NCBI RefSeq assembly: GCF_006345805.1
Contig: NW_021832703.1
Coordinates: 1-35,502, forward strand
Length of the DNA stretch: 35,502 nt
Reading direction: 5' to 3'
Origin: Octopus sinensis
Lineage: Eukaryota
Part shown: one piece after another, positions 1 through 9,719 of the stretch
Position numbering within the stretch: position 1 is the first letter of the stretch
Layout of the letters: every line of letters begins with the position of its first letter
Notes under the pieces: model-generated
What the model was told of the DNA's origin: nothing
What the model saw: only the letters and a program-made list of their open reading frames with translations
Database searches by the model: none
Program-made: the position numbers and the translations under genes

Positions 1-91
1 TTCAATTTAGCATTCTGCCTTTTTATAATTTTTCCTTGCCTATCATTTCTCCACGTGCGATCAACACAACCCCACCATTTATTGATTTTAT

Positions 92-146
<55 letters not shown>

Positions 147-302
147 CCCACACACACACAGGAGGAAAGGCAAATTTGAACTCAGAACGTATTACTGAGT
201 CCCTGAGTGCTACGACATATCTGGTTACCCACTCTTTCTTTCCTCTCTCCTTCGCTGTCTATCTGCAAACTTCTGCGTATTTCGGTATCTTTTTGTACAG
301 GC

Positions 303-342
<40 letters not shown>

Positions 343-354
343 GTGTGTGTATAT

Positions 355-409
<55 letters not shown>

Positions 410-533
410 GTCCGAGCACGCGTGTTTGGGCTTGAGATGCATGTGTATCTTTGTCTTTCTCCCCGCCGCTTGACATCCGGTGTTCGTTTGTTTAAATTCC
501 CAAGTTCGATAGAAGCGGCCGATAGAATATGAA

Positions 534-770
534 GGCGGTGGGCTGCCAGAAACGTTAGCACGCCGGGCGAAATGCTTAACAGTATTTCGTCTGCCGTTAC
601 CTTCTGAGTTCAAATTCCGCCGAAGTCGACTTTGCTTTTCATCCTCTCAGGGTCGATAAATTAAGTAGCAGTTATGTACTGGGGTTGATGTAATCGACTT
701 AATCCCTTTGTCCCCTCTATGTTTAGCCCCTTGTGGGCAATAAAGAAATAAGAAATAAAAAAGAAATAAG
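534..770 (+). mobile_element. tRNA-derived SINE, family A (octopus-type), full length
   Basis: GGCGG..GCTG.CAGAAACGTTAGCACGCCGGGCGAAATGC head, B-box-like GAGTTCAAATTCC, body GTCGACTTTGC..GGTCGATAAATTAAGTA, tail TTTGTCCCCTCT.TGTTTAGCCCCTTGTGGGCAATAAAGAAATA. At least 6 homologous copies occur in the window. Confidence 0.9.
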
Positions 771-784
771 AATAAGTATTTTTT

Positions 785-944
785 TACTCTAGATTCATGG
801 TCCGAAAATTTTGGGAGGGAGGGCCAGTCGCTTAGATCGACTCCAGTGCGTAACTGCTACTTAATATATCGACCCCGAAATGATAAAAGGCAAATTCGAC
901 CTCGGTGGAATTTGAACTCAGAACATGAAGACAGACGAAATACC
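785..944 (-). mobile_element. SINE family A, 5'-truncated, alternative short-tail subfamily
   Basis: Reverse complement of the family A body, beginning at GGTATTTCGTCTG. Its tail matches the copy at 22141-22358. Confidence 0.85.
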
Positions 945-1176
945 TATTTCTTTACAACCCACAAGGGGCTAAACACAGAGGGGATAAACAAGGACAGACA
1001 ATGGGATTAAGTCGATTACATCGACCCCCGTGCGTAACTTGTACTTATTTAATCCACCCCGAAAGGATGAAAAGCAAAGTCGACCTCGGTGGAATTTGAA
1101 CTCAGAACATGAAGAAAGACGAAATACCGGTAAGAAGTTTGCCCGGCGTGATGACGGTTCTGCCAGCTCACCGCCC
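945..1176 (-). mobile_element. SINE family A, full length
   Basis: Reverse-complement match to 534-770 from tail (TATTTCTTT..CCCACAAGGGGC) to head (GCCAGCTCACCGCC). Confidence 0.9.
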
Positions 1177-1177
1177 T

Positions 1178-1272
1178 CGATAGAATAAGTATTAAGTACG
1201 ATTTGTTCGACTAAACTCTACAAAGAGATGCTCCCGCATGGCTGCAATCCAATGATTGAAACAAGTAAAAGA
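1178..1272 (+). mobile_element. SINE family B/C 3' tail fragment
   Basis: GATAGAATAAGTA..GATTTGTTCGACTAAA..GATGCTCCCGCATGGCTGCAATCCAATGATTGAAACAAGTAAAAGA matches the tail of 2592-2977. Confidence 0.75.
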
Positions 1273-1850
1273 CAAACAATAAAAGAACTACACTGTTTTG
1301 TTCTATGTCGTACAATGCTCTATTTCTCATAATTGCACCATTATATCGTTTACTATTGTACAAACTTCTACCGTGTAATGTGCGGTAAATATTATTGTAA
1401 ACTACAGTATTGTGTACTATGCGATGAAGCAATGTAAACTATTGCTGTAAATTGTGTTCTATAAAACTGTGTAAACTGAATATATTGCTGTAAAACGAAA
1501 CTCTACCGAATTATGAAATGATGTGAAATAACGCGCTAAAATACAACAATTTCTATCATATTATGAAATGTAATATTGCATATTACAACCTGTATCATAA
1601 TGTGAATTGTAAATATCGTCGTATAAAACATGTGTGATATTGCGTAATCTAAACATGATCTTTAATAGCAACTTGTGACATATTATGAAACATAAAATGC
1701 TATTGAAAATTGTAGCCTGTAAGATATTGCATGTCGATATAAACATTATTGCTCTTCGTCTGCTTCTCACTATTTCTAATCCACATTCTACACCTCTCTC
1801 TGTCTTTCTCTGTCCTCTCTTTCTCTGCCCTCTCTTTCTCTCTCTCTCTC

Positions 1851-1888
<38 letters not shown>

Positions 1889-1985
1889 CCTTTCTCTCTA
1901 TTTTATCTTTCATGTTTTCCTCTTCATTCTCAAATTCATTTTTCAATCCTTCTTGCTAGCATTTTATTATATATTACAAACTTAC

Positions 1986-1988
<3 letters not shown>

Positions 1989-2062
<74 letters not shown>

Positions 2063-2086
2063 TAATAATAATAATAATAATAATGA

Positions 2087-2142
<56 letters not shown>

Positions 2143-2176
2143 TTAATAATAATAATAATAACAGTAATAATAATAA
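1989..2176 (+). repeat. (TAA)n microsatellite
   Basis: Near-perfect AAT triplet run, read directly. Confidence 0.98.
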
Positions 2177-2357
2177 CAGAGGCTATAGAAAGTACGGGTA
2201 AAAAGTTTCCTTGTAGTTATAGGTGCATTAGGAAATATTTCTAAAGATTTGAACAGATGGATAGAGGAAATAAGCATAAATCCTAATTTAGTACAACTCC
2301 AGAAAACAGTGTTATTTGGAAACTGCTAGGATACTTAGGGAGGTTCTTGGCATCTAA
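2177..2357 (+). mobile_element. 3' end of RLE-type non-LTR retrotransposon ORF (R4/Dong/HERO-like), frameshifted
   Basis: Translates VVIGALGNISKDLNRWIEEISINPNLVQLQKTVLFG/TARILREVLGI* with one extra A. This is the typical C-terminus of restriction-like-endonuclease LINEs. Confidence 0.85.
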
Positions 2358-2361
2358 AGTT

Positions 2362-2470
2362 ACGTGAAAAAGACGAAATACAGGTAAGAAGTTCGTCCGG
2401 CGTGCTGACGGTTCTGCCAGCTTACCGACCTCTATAGAATAAGTATTAAGTACGATTTGTTCGACTAAAT
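2362..2470. repeat. Second copy of the SINE-A-head(-)/SINE-B-tail(+) chimera at 1108-1215
   Basis: Shares diagnostic GGTAAGAAGTT, GACGGTTCTG and the AAGTATTAAGTACGATTTGTTCGACTAAA deletion junction. Confidence 0.85.
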
Positions 2471-2530
2471 TCTTTGTTTGTATTTCATCTTTTCCAACAG
2501 TTTAATCTGTCTTGGTATAAAAGATATTCT

Positions 2531-3116
2531 GCACATTCTGTTGTGTCTGGGGAGAGTCATTTTCTTTTTTTTTTGCCTTATAAATTAACACAGGCGCAGG
2601 AGTGGCTGTGTGGTAAGTAGCTTGCTAACCAACCACATGGTTCCGGGTTCAGTACCACTGCGTGGCATCTTGGACAAGTGTCTTCTGCTATAGCCCCGGG
2701 CCGACCAATGCCTTGTGAGTGGATTTGGTAGACGGAAACTGAAAGAAGCCTGTCGTATATATGTATATATATATGTGTGTGTGTTTGTGTGTCTGTGTTT
2801 GTCCCCCTAGCATTGTTTGACAACCGATGCTGGTGTGTTTACGTCCCCGTTACTTAGCGGTTCGGCAAAAGAGACCGATAGAATAAGTACTGGGCTTACA
2901 AAGAATAAGTCCCGGGGTCGATTTGCTCGACTAAAGGCGGTGCTCCAGCATGGCCGCAGTTAAATAACTGAAACAAGCGAATCAAAATACTCACCGGTAA
3001 AATTTCTGCTTATTCCTTATTTAAAAATAAGGAATAAGTGGAAATTTTACCGGTGAGTGTATTAAATTATAAGGCACAAAAAGAAAATGACTCTCCCCAA
3101 ACACAACAGAATATGC
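2531..3116. mobile_element. Palindromic fold-back/MITE-like element (~95-bp arms) interrupted by a SINE
   Basis: 2531-2591 plus 2989-3022 is the reverse complement of 3025-3116 (GCA.ATTCTGTTGTGT.TGGGGAGAGTCATTTTC...ACTCACCGGTAAAATTTC..CTTATTCCTTATTT). Confidence 0.85.
2592..2977 (+). mobile_element. tRNA-derived SINE, family B (CORE-like central domain), full length
   Basis: GGCGCAGGAGTGGCTGTGTGGTAAG A-box, GGTTCAGTACC B-box, CTTGG(A/G)CAAGTG core-like motif, internal (TA/TG)n, tail AAGGCGGTGCTCCAGCATGGCCGCAG..TGAAACAAG. Confidence 0.92.
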
Positions 3117-3390
3117 TTCAACACACGAAGAAATGAAAGGTTACATAGTCATCAAGGGATTCTTTTCGTTATTGGTACGGGGCTTAGAATTTCTTCTCAT
3201 TCCCCCCGATTTCAATTAATGTGCATCAGGGAAAATTCGTTGCTGTAGTCGTCTTCTGGCTGTTATTTTTATCGTACTGGTGCCACTTGAAGCACCCTTG
3301 ATTGTTAATAATTTTTTACCTTATGTATATGAGTATGTGTGTGTGTGTGTGTGTGTGTGTGTTGTGTGTGTGTGTGAGTGTGTGTCAGTG

Positions 3391-3590
3391 TTTGTTCTCC
3401 GACCACCGCTTGGCAATCGGTTTTGTTGTGTTTAGGTCCCGGTAAATTAGCGGTTCGGCAAAAGAAAACGATAAAATAAGTACTACACTTTAAAATAAAA
3501 ACAAGTACTAGGGTCGATTCGTTCGACTAAAAAATCTTCAAAGCGATGCTCCAGCATGGCGGCAGGGTCGTGACCTAACAAATAAAAAGA
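3391..3590 (+). mobile_element. SINE family B/C 3' half, diverged
   Basis: TTAGCGGTTCGGCAAAAG..GATAAAATAAGTACT..GGGTCGATTCGTTCGACTAAA..GATGCTCCAGCATGGC, preceded by (GT)n. Confidence 0.8.
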
Positions 3591-3852
3591 AAAAAATCTG
3601 CTGAGCAAAAGATTTTCTCATCTCTGAAGATCTCATTTCCTTCCCCCTTTTTAAACCACTATATCTGGTCTATTACATCTATATTTGACTGAGGTTTTGA
3701 CAGGAATACTCCACCAATACTCATGTATATTGTATCTGAATATGCTAACCACATCGTCGTAACATCTAATGTCCCTTTTTTTATTGAAAGAATTATCCTT
3801 TCTCTACATTACGTTGTTTAATGTTTTGGGTACGACATCATGTGATGTCATC

Positions 3853-4262
3853 TCATATTATCGAGATGATATATGCAGACAGCTTCATGTGTACGCGTAA
3901 TTGAATGCATGTATCTATGTATGTAAGTATGTATGTATATATGCATGTATACATGTCTATAAGGACGCGTACATGCAAGAACGTATTTATACAATTATGA
4001 ATGACGGTATATATATAAATATACCGTCGTACATAATTGCATATATATATATGTTTGTGTGTGTGTTTAGGATTGCTTGTGTGTATGTATAAATTGTTGA
4101 CCATATATATATATATGAATATATATATATATGAATATATATATATATATATGAATATATATATGTATATATATATATATGTATGTATATATAGCTGTTT
4201 TATATATGTAGATATATAAGCATGTTTGACGGTTTGTATGCATGTCTTAATATGTGTGTAAA

Positions 4263-4309
<47 letters not shown>

Positions 4310-4716
4310 ATACACACATAAATGTGCGCATGGATATATGTACGTATGTCACCGGGAAAGTCTGCATCAATACACACACGCACGCACTCACATATGTGTG
4401 TGTCTGAGTGTCTGTGTGAGTCTGTGTATTTATAAATGTATGTATTCATCAATATGTGTATGTTCGTGAAAATATATATCAATGTATACCAGTACGCACA
4501 TATATATATATATAAACATATACATATGTGTGTATGTGTATGTGTATAAATGTATGTATGTCTTTGATAGTATTCGTCAATTTTTATATATGTACATGTG
4601 CCTGTGTGTATATATGTGTCTGTATGCACGCGCGCGTGTGTGCATGTATATAAGTATGAACGTATAGATGCACACGCGTATGCATGTATGAGCGTAGGTA
4701 TGTTTGAATGCATGTA
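3853..4716. repeat. Degenerate (TA)n/(TG)n/(TATG)n simple-sequence field
   Basis: Alternating purine-pyrimidine low-complexity sequence throughout. Confidence 0.9.
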
Positions 4717-4859
4717 TGTTTCTTTTTGAGGAGTTCCTCGCAGAACTCCAGCCAGACACTAATGCCTACCTATGTGGTGCTATTCCGACCGTCTGTCACA
4801 AACTATCCATCTATCTATCAATCAAACAATTAATCGATCAATAACCGTGTGTGTGTTGT

Positions 4860-5622
4860 GTGTGTGTGTATGTGTGTGTGTGTGTGTGTGTATGTGTGTG
4901 TGTGTTGTGGTGTGTAGTAGGTTGGTGGTGTATATAGATATCTATGTAGGTGACTATAAATAAATATATATATGCACATATATAATTGAAATGCATTATA
5001 CATATATATATACGTACACCAATATCTATATGGTGTGCGTGCGTGTGTATGGTGGTGCGTGTGGTAGTGGTTGTTGTGTGTATAGATATATCTATGTAGG
5101 TGACTATAAATATAAATATATATATGCACATATATAAATTGAAATGCATTAATACATATATATATACGTACACCAATATCTATATGTGTGTGCGTGCGTG
5201 TGTATGTGTGTGTGTGTGTGGTAGTGTGTTGGTGTGTATATAGATATATCTATGTAGGTGACTATAAATATAAATATATATATGCACATATATAAATTGA
5301 AATGCATTAATACATATATACGTACACCAATATATATATGTGTGTGCGTGCGTGGTATGTGTGTGTGTGTGTGGTAGTGTGTTGTGGTATAAGATATATC
5401 TATGTAGGTGACTATAAATATAATATATATATGCACATAATAAATTGAAATGCATTAATACATATATACGTACACCAATATATATAGTGTGTGCGTGCGT
5501 GTGTATTGTGTGTGTGTGGTAGTGTGTTGGTGTGTAATAGATATATCTATGTAGGTGACTATACTATATATCTATATGCACATATATAAATTGAAATGCA
5601 TTAATCATATATACGTACACCA

Positions 5623-5660
<38 letters not shown>
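4860..5660. repeat. Minisatellite, ~150-bp unit, 5 copies
   Basis: Anchor TGTAGGTGACTATA at 4945, 5095, 5253, 5403 and 5550 (spacing 150, 158, 150, 147). Confidence 0.95.
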
Positions 5661-5837
5661 ATTCATACAAATACATTACACACACAAACATAAGTATTAC
5701 ATATATACGTGCATGGAAGTTATTGATTGCAAATTGTAGAGAAAATATTAAGAATACTCAACATGGTTTGTGAGTTAATTATACTCGCCGTTCTTAATGC
5801 ATTACTATCGATGTATAGTACTATGCATATGCAGTTG

Positions 5838-5872
<35 letters not shown>

Positions 5873-6004
5873 TTAAACATATAAATTGAGAGATATGTGT
5901 ATATATATATATATATATATGTAATAACTATATGATAATATATCATATATTATATATACTCTGATTTAAAGCGACATTTATCTAAATAATTGACTGAAAA
6001 ATAA

Positions 6005-6590
6005 TGAGCTAACCCAGGCCAAAATCAAACCCACAGAACGCTAACATGGCTCCTTGCGCATCCGATTGGGCCCACAATCTTACCCATCAAATTAACCCCA
6101 AAATGAATTAAAGGCATGGCTGATCTTGATTATTGGGACCACCTTAAAGCATTGGAACTCTATTCTCTCCAGCGCCATCGTGAGCGATGCATCAATTGCT
6201 CGATGTGGAGAATATGCCACCAGCATTGCTAAAATGACCTCAGCATTATTTTCAAAATTCCTCCAAGGCTAGGACCACGGTCCATACGCCTCCTACTCAA
6301 TTCAGGATCACGACACATAAATACACTGCAACACAATTTCTTTTACCCCAACAGGTCCTGCTCCATTTAGCATTTCCCCGAAACAGATCAAAAAGGAAAA
6401 GGATCCCATCACCTTTAAACGGAATCTGGACAAATTTCTTCAAGGAATACCAGATAAGCCTGGATACAACTCACTCAACCAGAACTAGCCTACTCGAATG
6501 GACCATGATACCACAAAATTTGACTTAAATAATCCTATCAGATGGTGCTATTAAATTAGACATGACCTGGAGCAATCTTTGGTCGAAACA
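6005..6590 (+). mobile_element. CR1/L2-superfamily LINE 3' end, degenerate
   Basis: Translates DLDYWDHLKALELYSLQRHRER...GP..F..PKQIKKEKDPITFKRNLDKFLQGIPDKP(G)YNS, the post-RT C-terminal motifs (LYSL.RRR, FK..LDKFL..IPD.P). Ends in a (CA)n tail. Confidence 0.8.
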
Positions 6591-6602
6591 CACACACACA
6601 CA

Positions 6603-6641
<39 letters not shown>

Positions 6642-6647
6642 CAACGG

Positions 6648-6822
6648 TCGGCACGGCGCTATATTTGTCTAATTCATATATATATATATATATATATATA
6701 TGAATTTGGCAAATATAGCGCGGTGCCGAGCAATTGTACTGCGAATGAATTAGGTACACGGAAACTGTCCGTGTACTTAATTCATTCACACTATATTGGT
6801 TGGTACGGCGCTATATTTGCCA
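6648..6822. mobile_element. Small MITE-like nested inverted-repeat element
   Basis: Motif GGCGCTATATTTG occurs three times (+,-,+). A 30-bp arm pair surrounds (AT)n and a 20-bp arm pair spans 6743-6787. Confidence 0.65.
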
Positions 6823-6961
6823 CGCCCTGGAGTTGAACCGAAACCACTCGATTGTAGAGCTCGCTTCTTAACCACATACCTATTTCAGTGAATATGTGTG
6901 TGTGCACATATTTGTCTGTATGTGTATGCATACGAATATTTGTATATGCTTATATACATAT

Positions 6962-7300
6962 TCGTGGCACAGTGGTTAAAGCCTCGGGCTCACAATCATG
7001 AGGTGGTGAGTTTGATTCCCGAACCGGGCTGTATATTATATTCTTGAATAATACTCTTTATTTTATGTTGCTCAGCTGTTAACGCAGCTGTAGAAATGAG
7101 TTAGATGTGATGTCACTGGTGTCAAGCTACATCGGCCTTTGCTCTTTCTTTTGGGTAACATCGGTGGCATGGACAGAGGGAGCCTGGTGTGCATGGGTGA
7201 CTGCTGGTCTTCTATAAACAACCTTACCCTCACTTGTTCCTCGGAGGAGGACTTTCTAGGTGCAATTCCATGGTCATTCAAGACCAAAGGGGGTCTTTAT
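6962..7300 (+). mobile_element. tRNA-derived SINE, family D
   Basis: tRNA-like head GTGGCACAGTGGTTAAAGCCTCGGGCTCACAATCATGAGGTGGTGAGTTTGATTCCC (A box, anticodon-like loop, B box), then a ~280-nt body ending before (TCTG)n/(TCTA)n. A related fragment lies at 18065-18105. Confidence 0.75.
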
Positions 7301-7327
7301 CCCTTTATGTATTTGTGTACCTGCCTA

Positions 7328-7382
<55 letters not shown>

Positions 7383-7517
7383 CTATCTATCTATCTATCT
7401 ACCAAACTATCTCTCTCGTTGTCTGTCTGTCTGTCTGTCTGACTATCTATCCTTCTCTCTCTCTCTCTCTCTCTCTCTGTATATACGTATATACGTATAT
7501 ATATATATATATATATA

Positions 7518-8352
7518 CTAGCAGAATTACCCGGCGTTGCTCGGGGCTGAATTGCTTGAAAGTACTGTTAATGATTGCACTGAATTATGATGATTATTCA
7601 GGCAAATATTGATATAAGTTTACGGTGGGAGATAAGGACTTAACGATCACACGTGTGCCATTGCATTATTTTGGGGAACCAAATTTCTGATGAGCATTAT
7701 ATGGGCACCAACTTTAAGGTTGAGAAAGTGTGGTGGTAGTCCGGGGTGCTCAAAGGAATTGAATACCTCTATTGGATAGTTGATGACGTCCCTGGGTCAG
7801 GAGTTGTATCGATAGACTGATATACATAACTTCCCCAGGAATGAGTTTTAGCATTTCATCATTAATATGGTGAACAGTTTTTATTCCTGGGGCCAGTATA
7901 GCCTTTTTGCCAATCCAATCCATATTCTGATAATTAGCTTGTATCTGGGAACACTGCATCTCTGAGATAAGAAGGCGTCTTAACAATGGTACAAATGGAA
8001 TCGATGGCAATATTACCATTTTTCATCCCCTGGTATTTTGCCTTCGCCAAGTGCAAGGAGGGTGGTGAGGAAATGCTGCTGATGTGATATTACGTCGCAT
8101 ATGAGCACGCATATTGGTGTGAAGTTTGAGAGTTACTTCCCTTTATTTAAAGAAATATGCATTAAAATGGAAAAAAATGATGGTAAATTATTTGTAAAAT
8201 CGTAGACTCATCGTAGACGCGCGCTAATACACAGAAGGGCTCGATATGAATCACGACTATAAGATACCTGGTTTTGGTTAAACTGCATCGCAAAATGTGG
8301 GAGTAGTTAGGACTCTAAATCGGACACACAACCTTTCTTTTATATATAAATA
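7518..8352 (-). mobile_element. Non-autonomous Helitron retaining a PIF1-like helicase fragment
   Basis: The minus-strand 3' end is CCCGAGCAACGCCGGG hairpin + CTAG|T. The 5' end T(A/C)TTTATATATAAAAG aligns with 22763. Internal 7600-8060 translates LLALGEGKIP..AVFPD..ANYQNMDWIGKKAILAP..INDEMLKLIPGE../YPIEVFNSFEHPGLPPHFLNLKVGAHIMLIRNL..NGTRVIVKSL with frameshifts. Confidence 0.9.
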
Positions 8353-8710
8353 TTTTCGTCCTAAAAAACTTTGTATGGATTGAATGGTTACCTCTATGGA
8401 AATATATCCACGCACATTATACATACATGTGTGTATAGATGAATATATAAATCATTTAAATATCTATATAAACTTTTGGGCGATCTTTCTGTTTCTTAGA
8501 TATAAACTTTAGATCTTATTTTCGTCCTAAAAATTTGTGCGGAGTGAATGGTTACGTCTATGGAAATATATACACACACATTATACATACATCTGTGTAT
8601 AGATGAATATATAAATACATTTAATATTTATATACACTTTTGGGCGATCTTTCTGCTACTTGGATATACTTTAGATCTTATATTCGTCCTAAAAAACTTT
8701 GTATGAATTG
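8353..8710. repeat. Tandem repeat, ~164-bp unit, ~2.2 copies
   Basis: TTCGTCCTAAAAA anchor (CGTCCT at 8357, 8523, 8685). Confidence 0.93.
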
Positions 8711-8915
8711 AAAAGAAAATGAATTGAAATTTTTAAGAAAGGAATTTGTTTACATACATGTGTGAAATGGCAAATGTTTGTGCAGTTGTCCGAAATGGAA
8801 CCAGGGTAAATGTGTGGAACTGATGTATTATAATGAATAGTCCTTCTTGTTGTGAATATTAATTTGATTAACATGAACTGAAAACCAGTGGTGTAGCATA
8901 TAAGACCATAGTGAT

Positions 8916-9719
8916 CTAGCAAAAAAGATGACCAGTCTGACTGGCTCATCCCTGTCACCTCACTCACACATCACGCACCACACACCCACTCACACACACG
9001 CGCACGCACACACACAGCACACGCACACACACTCACACACACACGCACACACACGCAACGCACAACACACACGTTAGCTTACAATTTTATTTATATATTT
9101 GAGTGTCTATGTGTGTAAAGAGGAAGTGGGAGTAATATGGCAGAGTGAAGAGTGAATGGTAAAATATTTAGTTTTCTCGAATTTTTTCTGAAATGGTGGT
9201 GAAATTGAAAGAAATTTTGTATGCCATGACCGAATGGAAGTACTTTGAAAAATCATAGGTAAACTCTAATTGAAGAAATTGTGTGAGGAGTAAATCGTTT
9301 ATTATTTATTTGTTTCTGTTTGCTGTGTTTTTTTTTTTTGAGTAGTGGTTTAAGGTAAACTTCTCACTCGTTTATATAAATACTGTTCACTTTAATCGTT
9401 GCCCACTTGCAAAGAGAAAGGAGGAGAAATTAGGGTGATAGCATGAGTGAAGCATTTCGCTCCGTTTATGTGTGTGTGTGTGTGTTGTTTGTGTGTGTTG
9501 TGGTCTGTAGCCCACACTAAGAAAAGCACTTCACTTACACACCACAATGTGAGTTTTCTCGAAATTTTCTTAATTGGGGGTGAAATTTGAAAAACTGTAC
9601 CTGCACGACCCGATGTATTCTACTCTTAAAAAGGTAAATTGTAATTGAAGAAATCCTATATTGTAGATTCTCTATAGAGACAAGTGGAAAGCAGATAAAA
9701 TCTGCCTTTTATAATAAGA
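8916..9719 (-). mobile_element. Non-autonomous Helitron, second family
   Basis: Minus 5' end A|TCTTATTATAAAAGGCAG. The 3' end is hairpin GATGAGCCAGTCAGACTGGTCATC + 7 nt + CTAG, though the flank is A rather than canonical T. It contains (CA)n, (TG)n and an internal duplicated segment (~9168 and ~9550). Confidence 0.6.

Noticed and set aside
176-613. ORFs rich in VC/YI/HT repeats, here and at 3853-5773, 10627-11483, 12819-13866, 15061-15628, 26717-27245 and 33661-34512
   Set aside because: These are translations of (TG)n/(TA)n/(CATA)n microsatellites, with no domain content.
4761-4790. Minus-strand TVGIA, resembling the Rab effector-loop TVGI(D/G)F
   Set aside because: It is not preceded by a P-loop-coding sequence or a polypyrimidine acceptor, and it continues PH. 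Likely chance.
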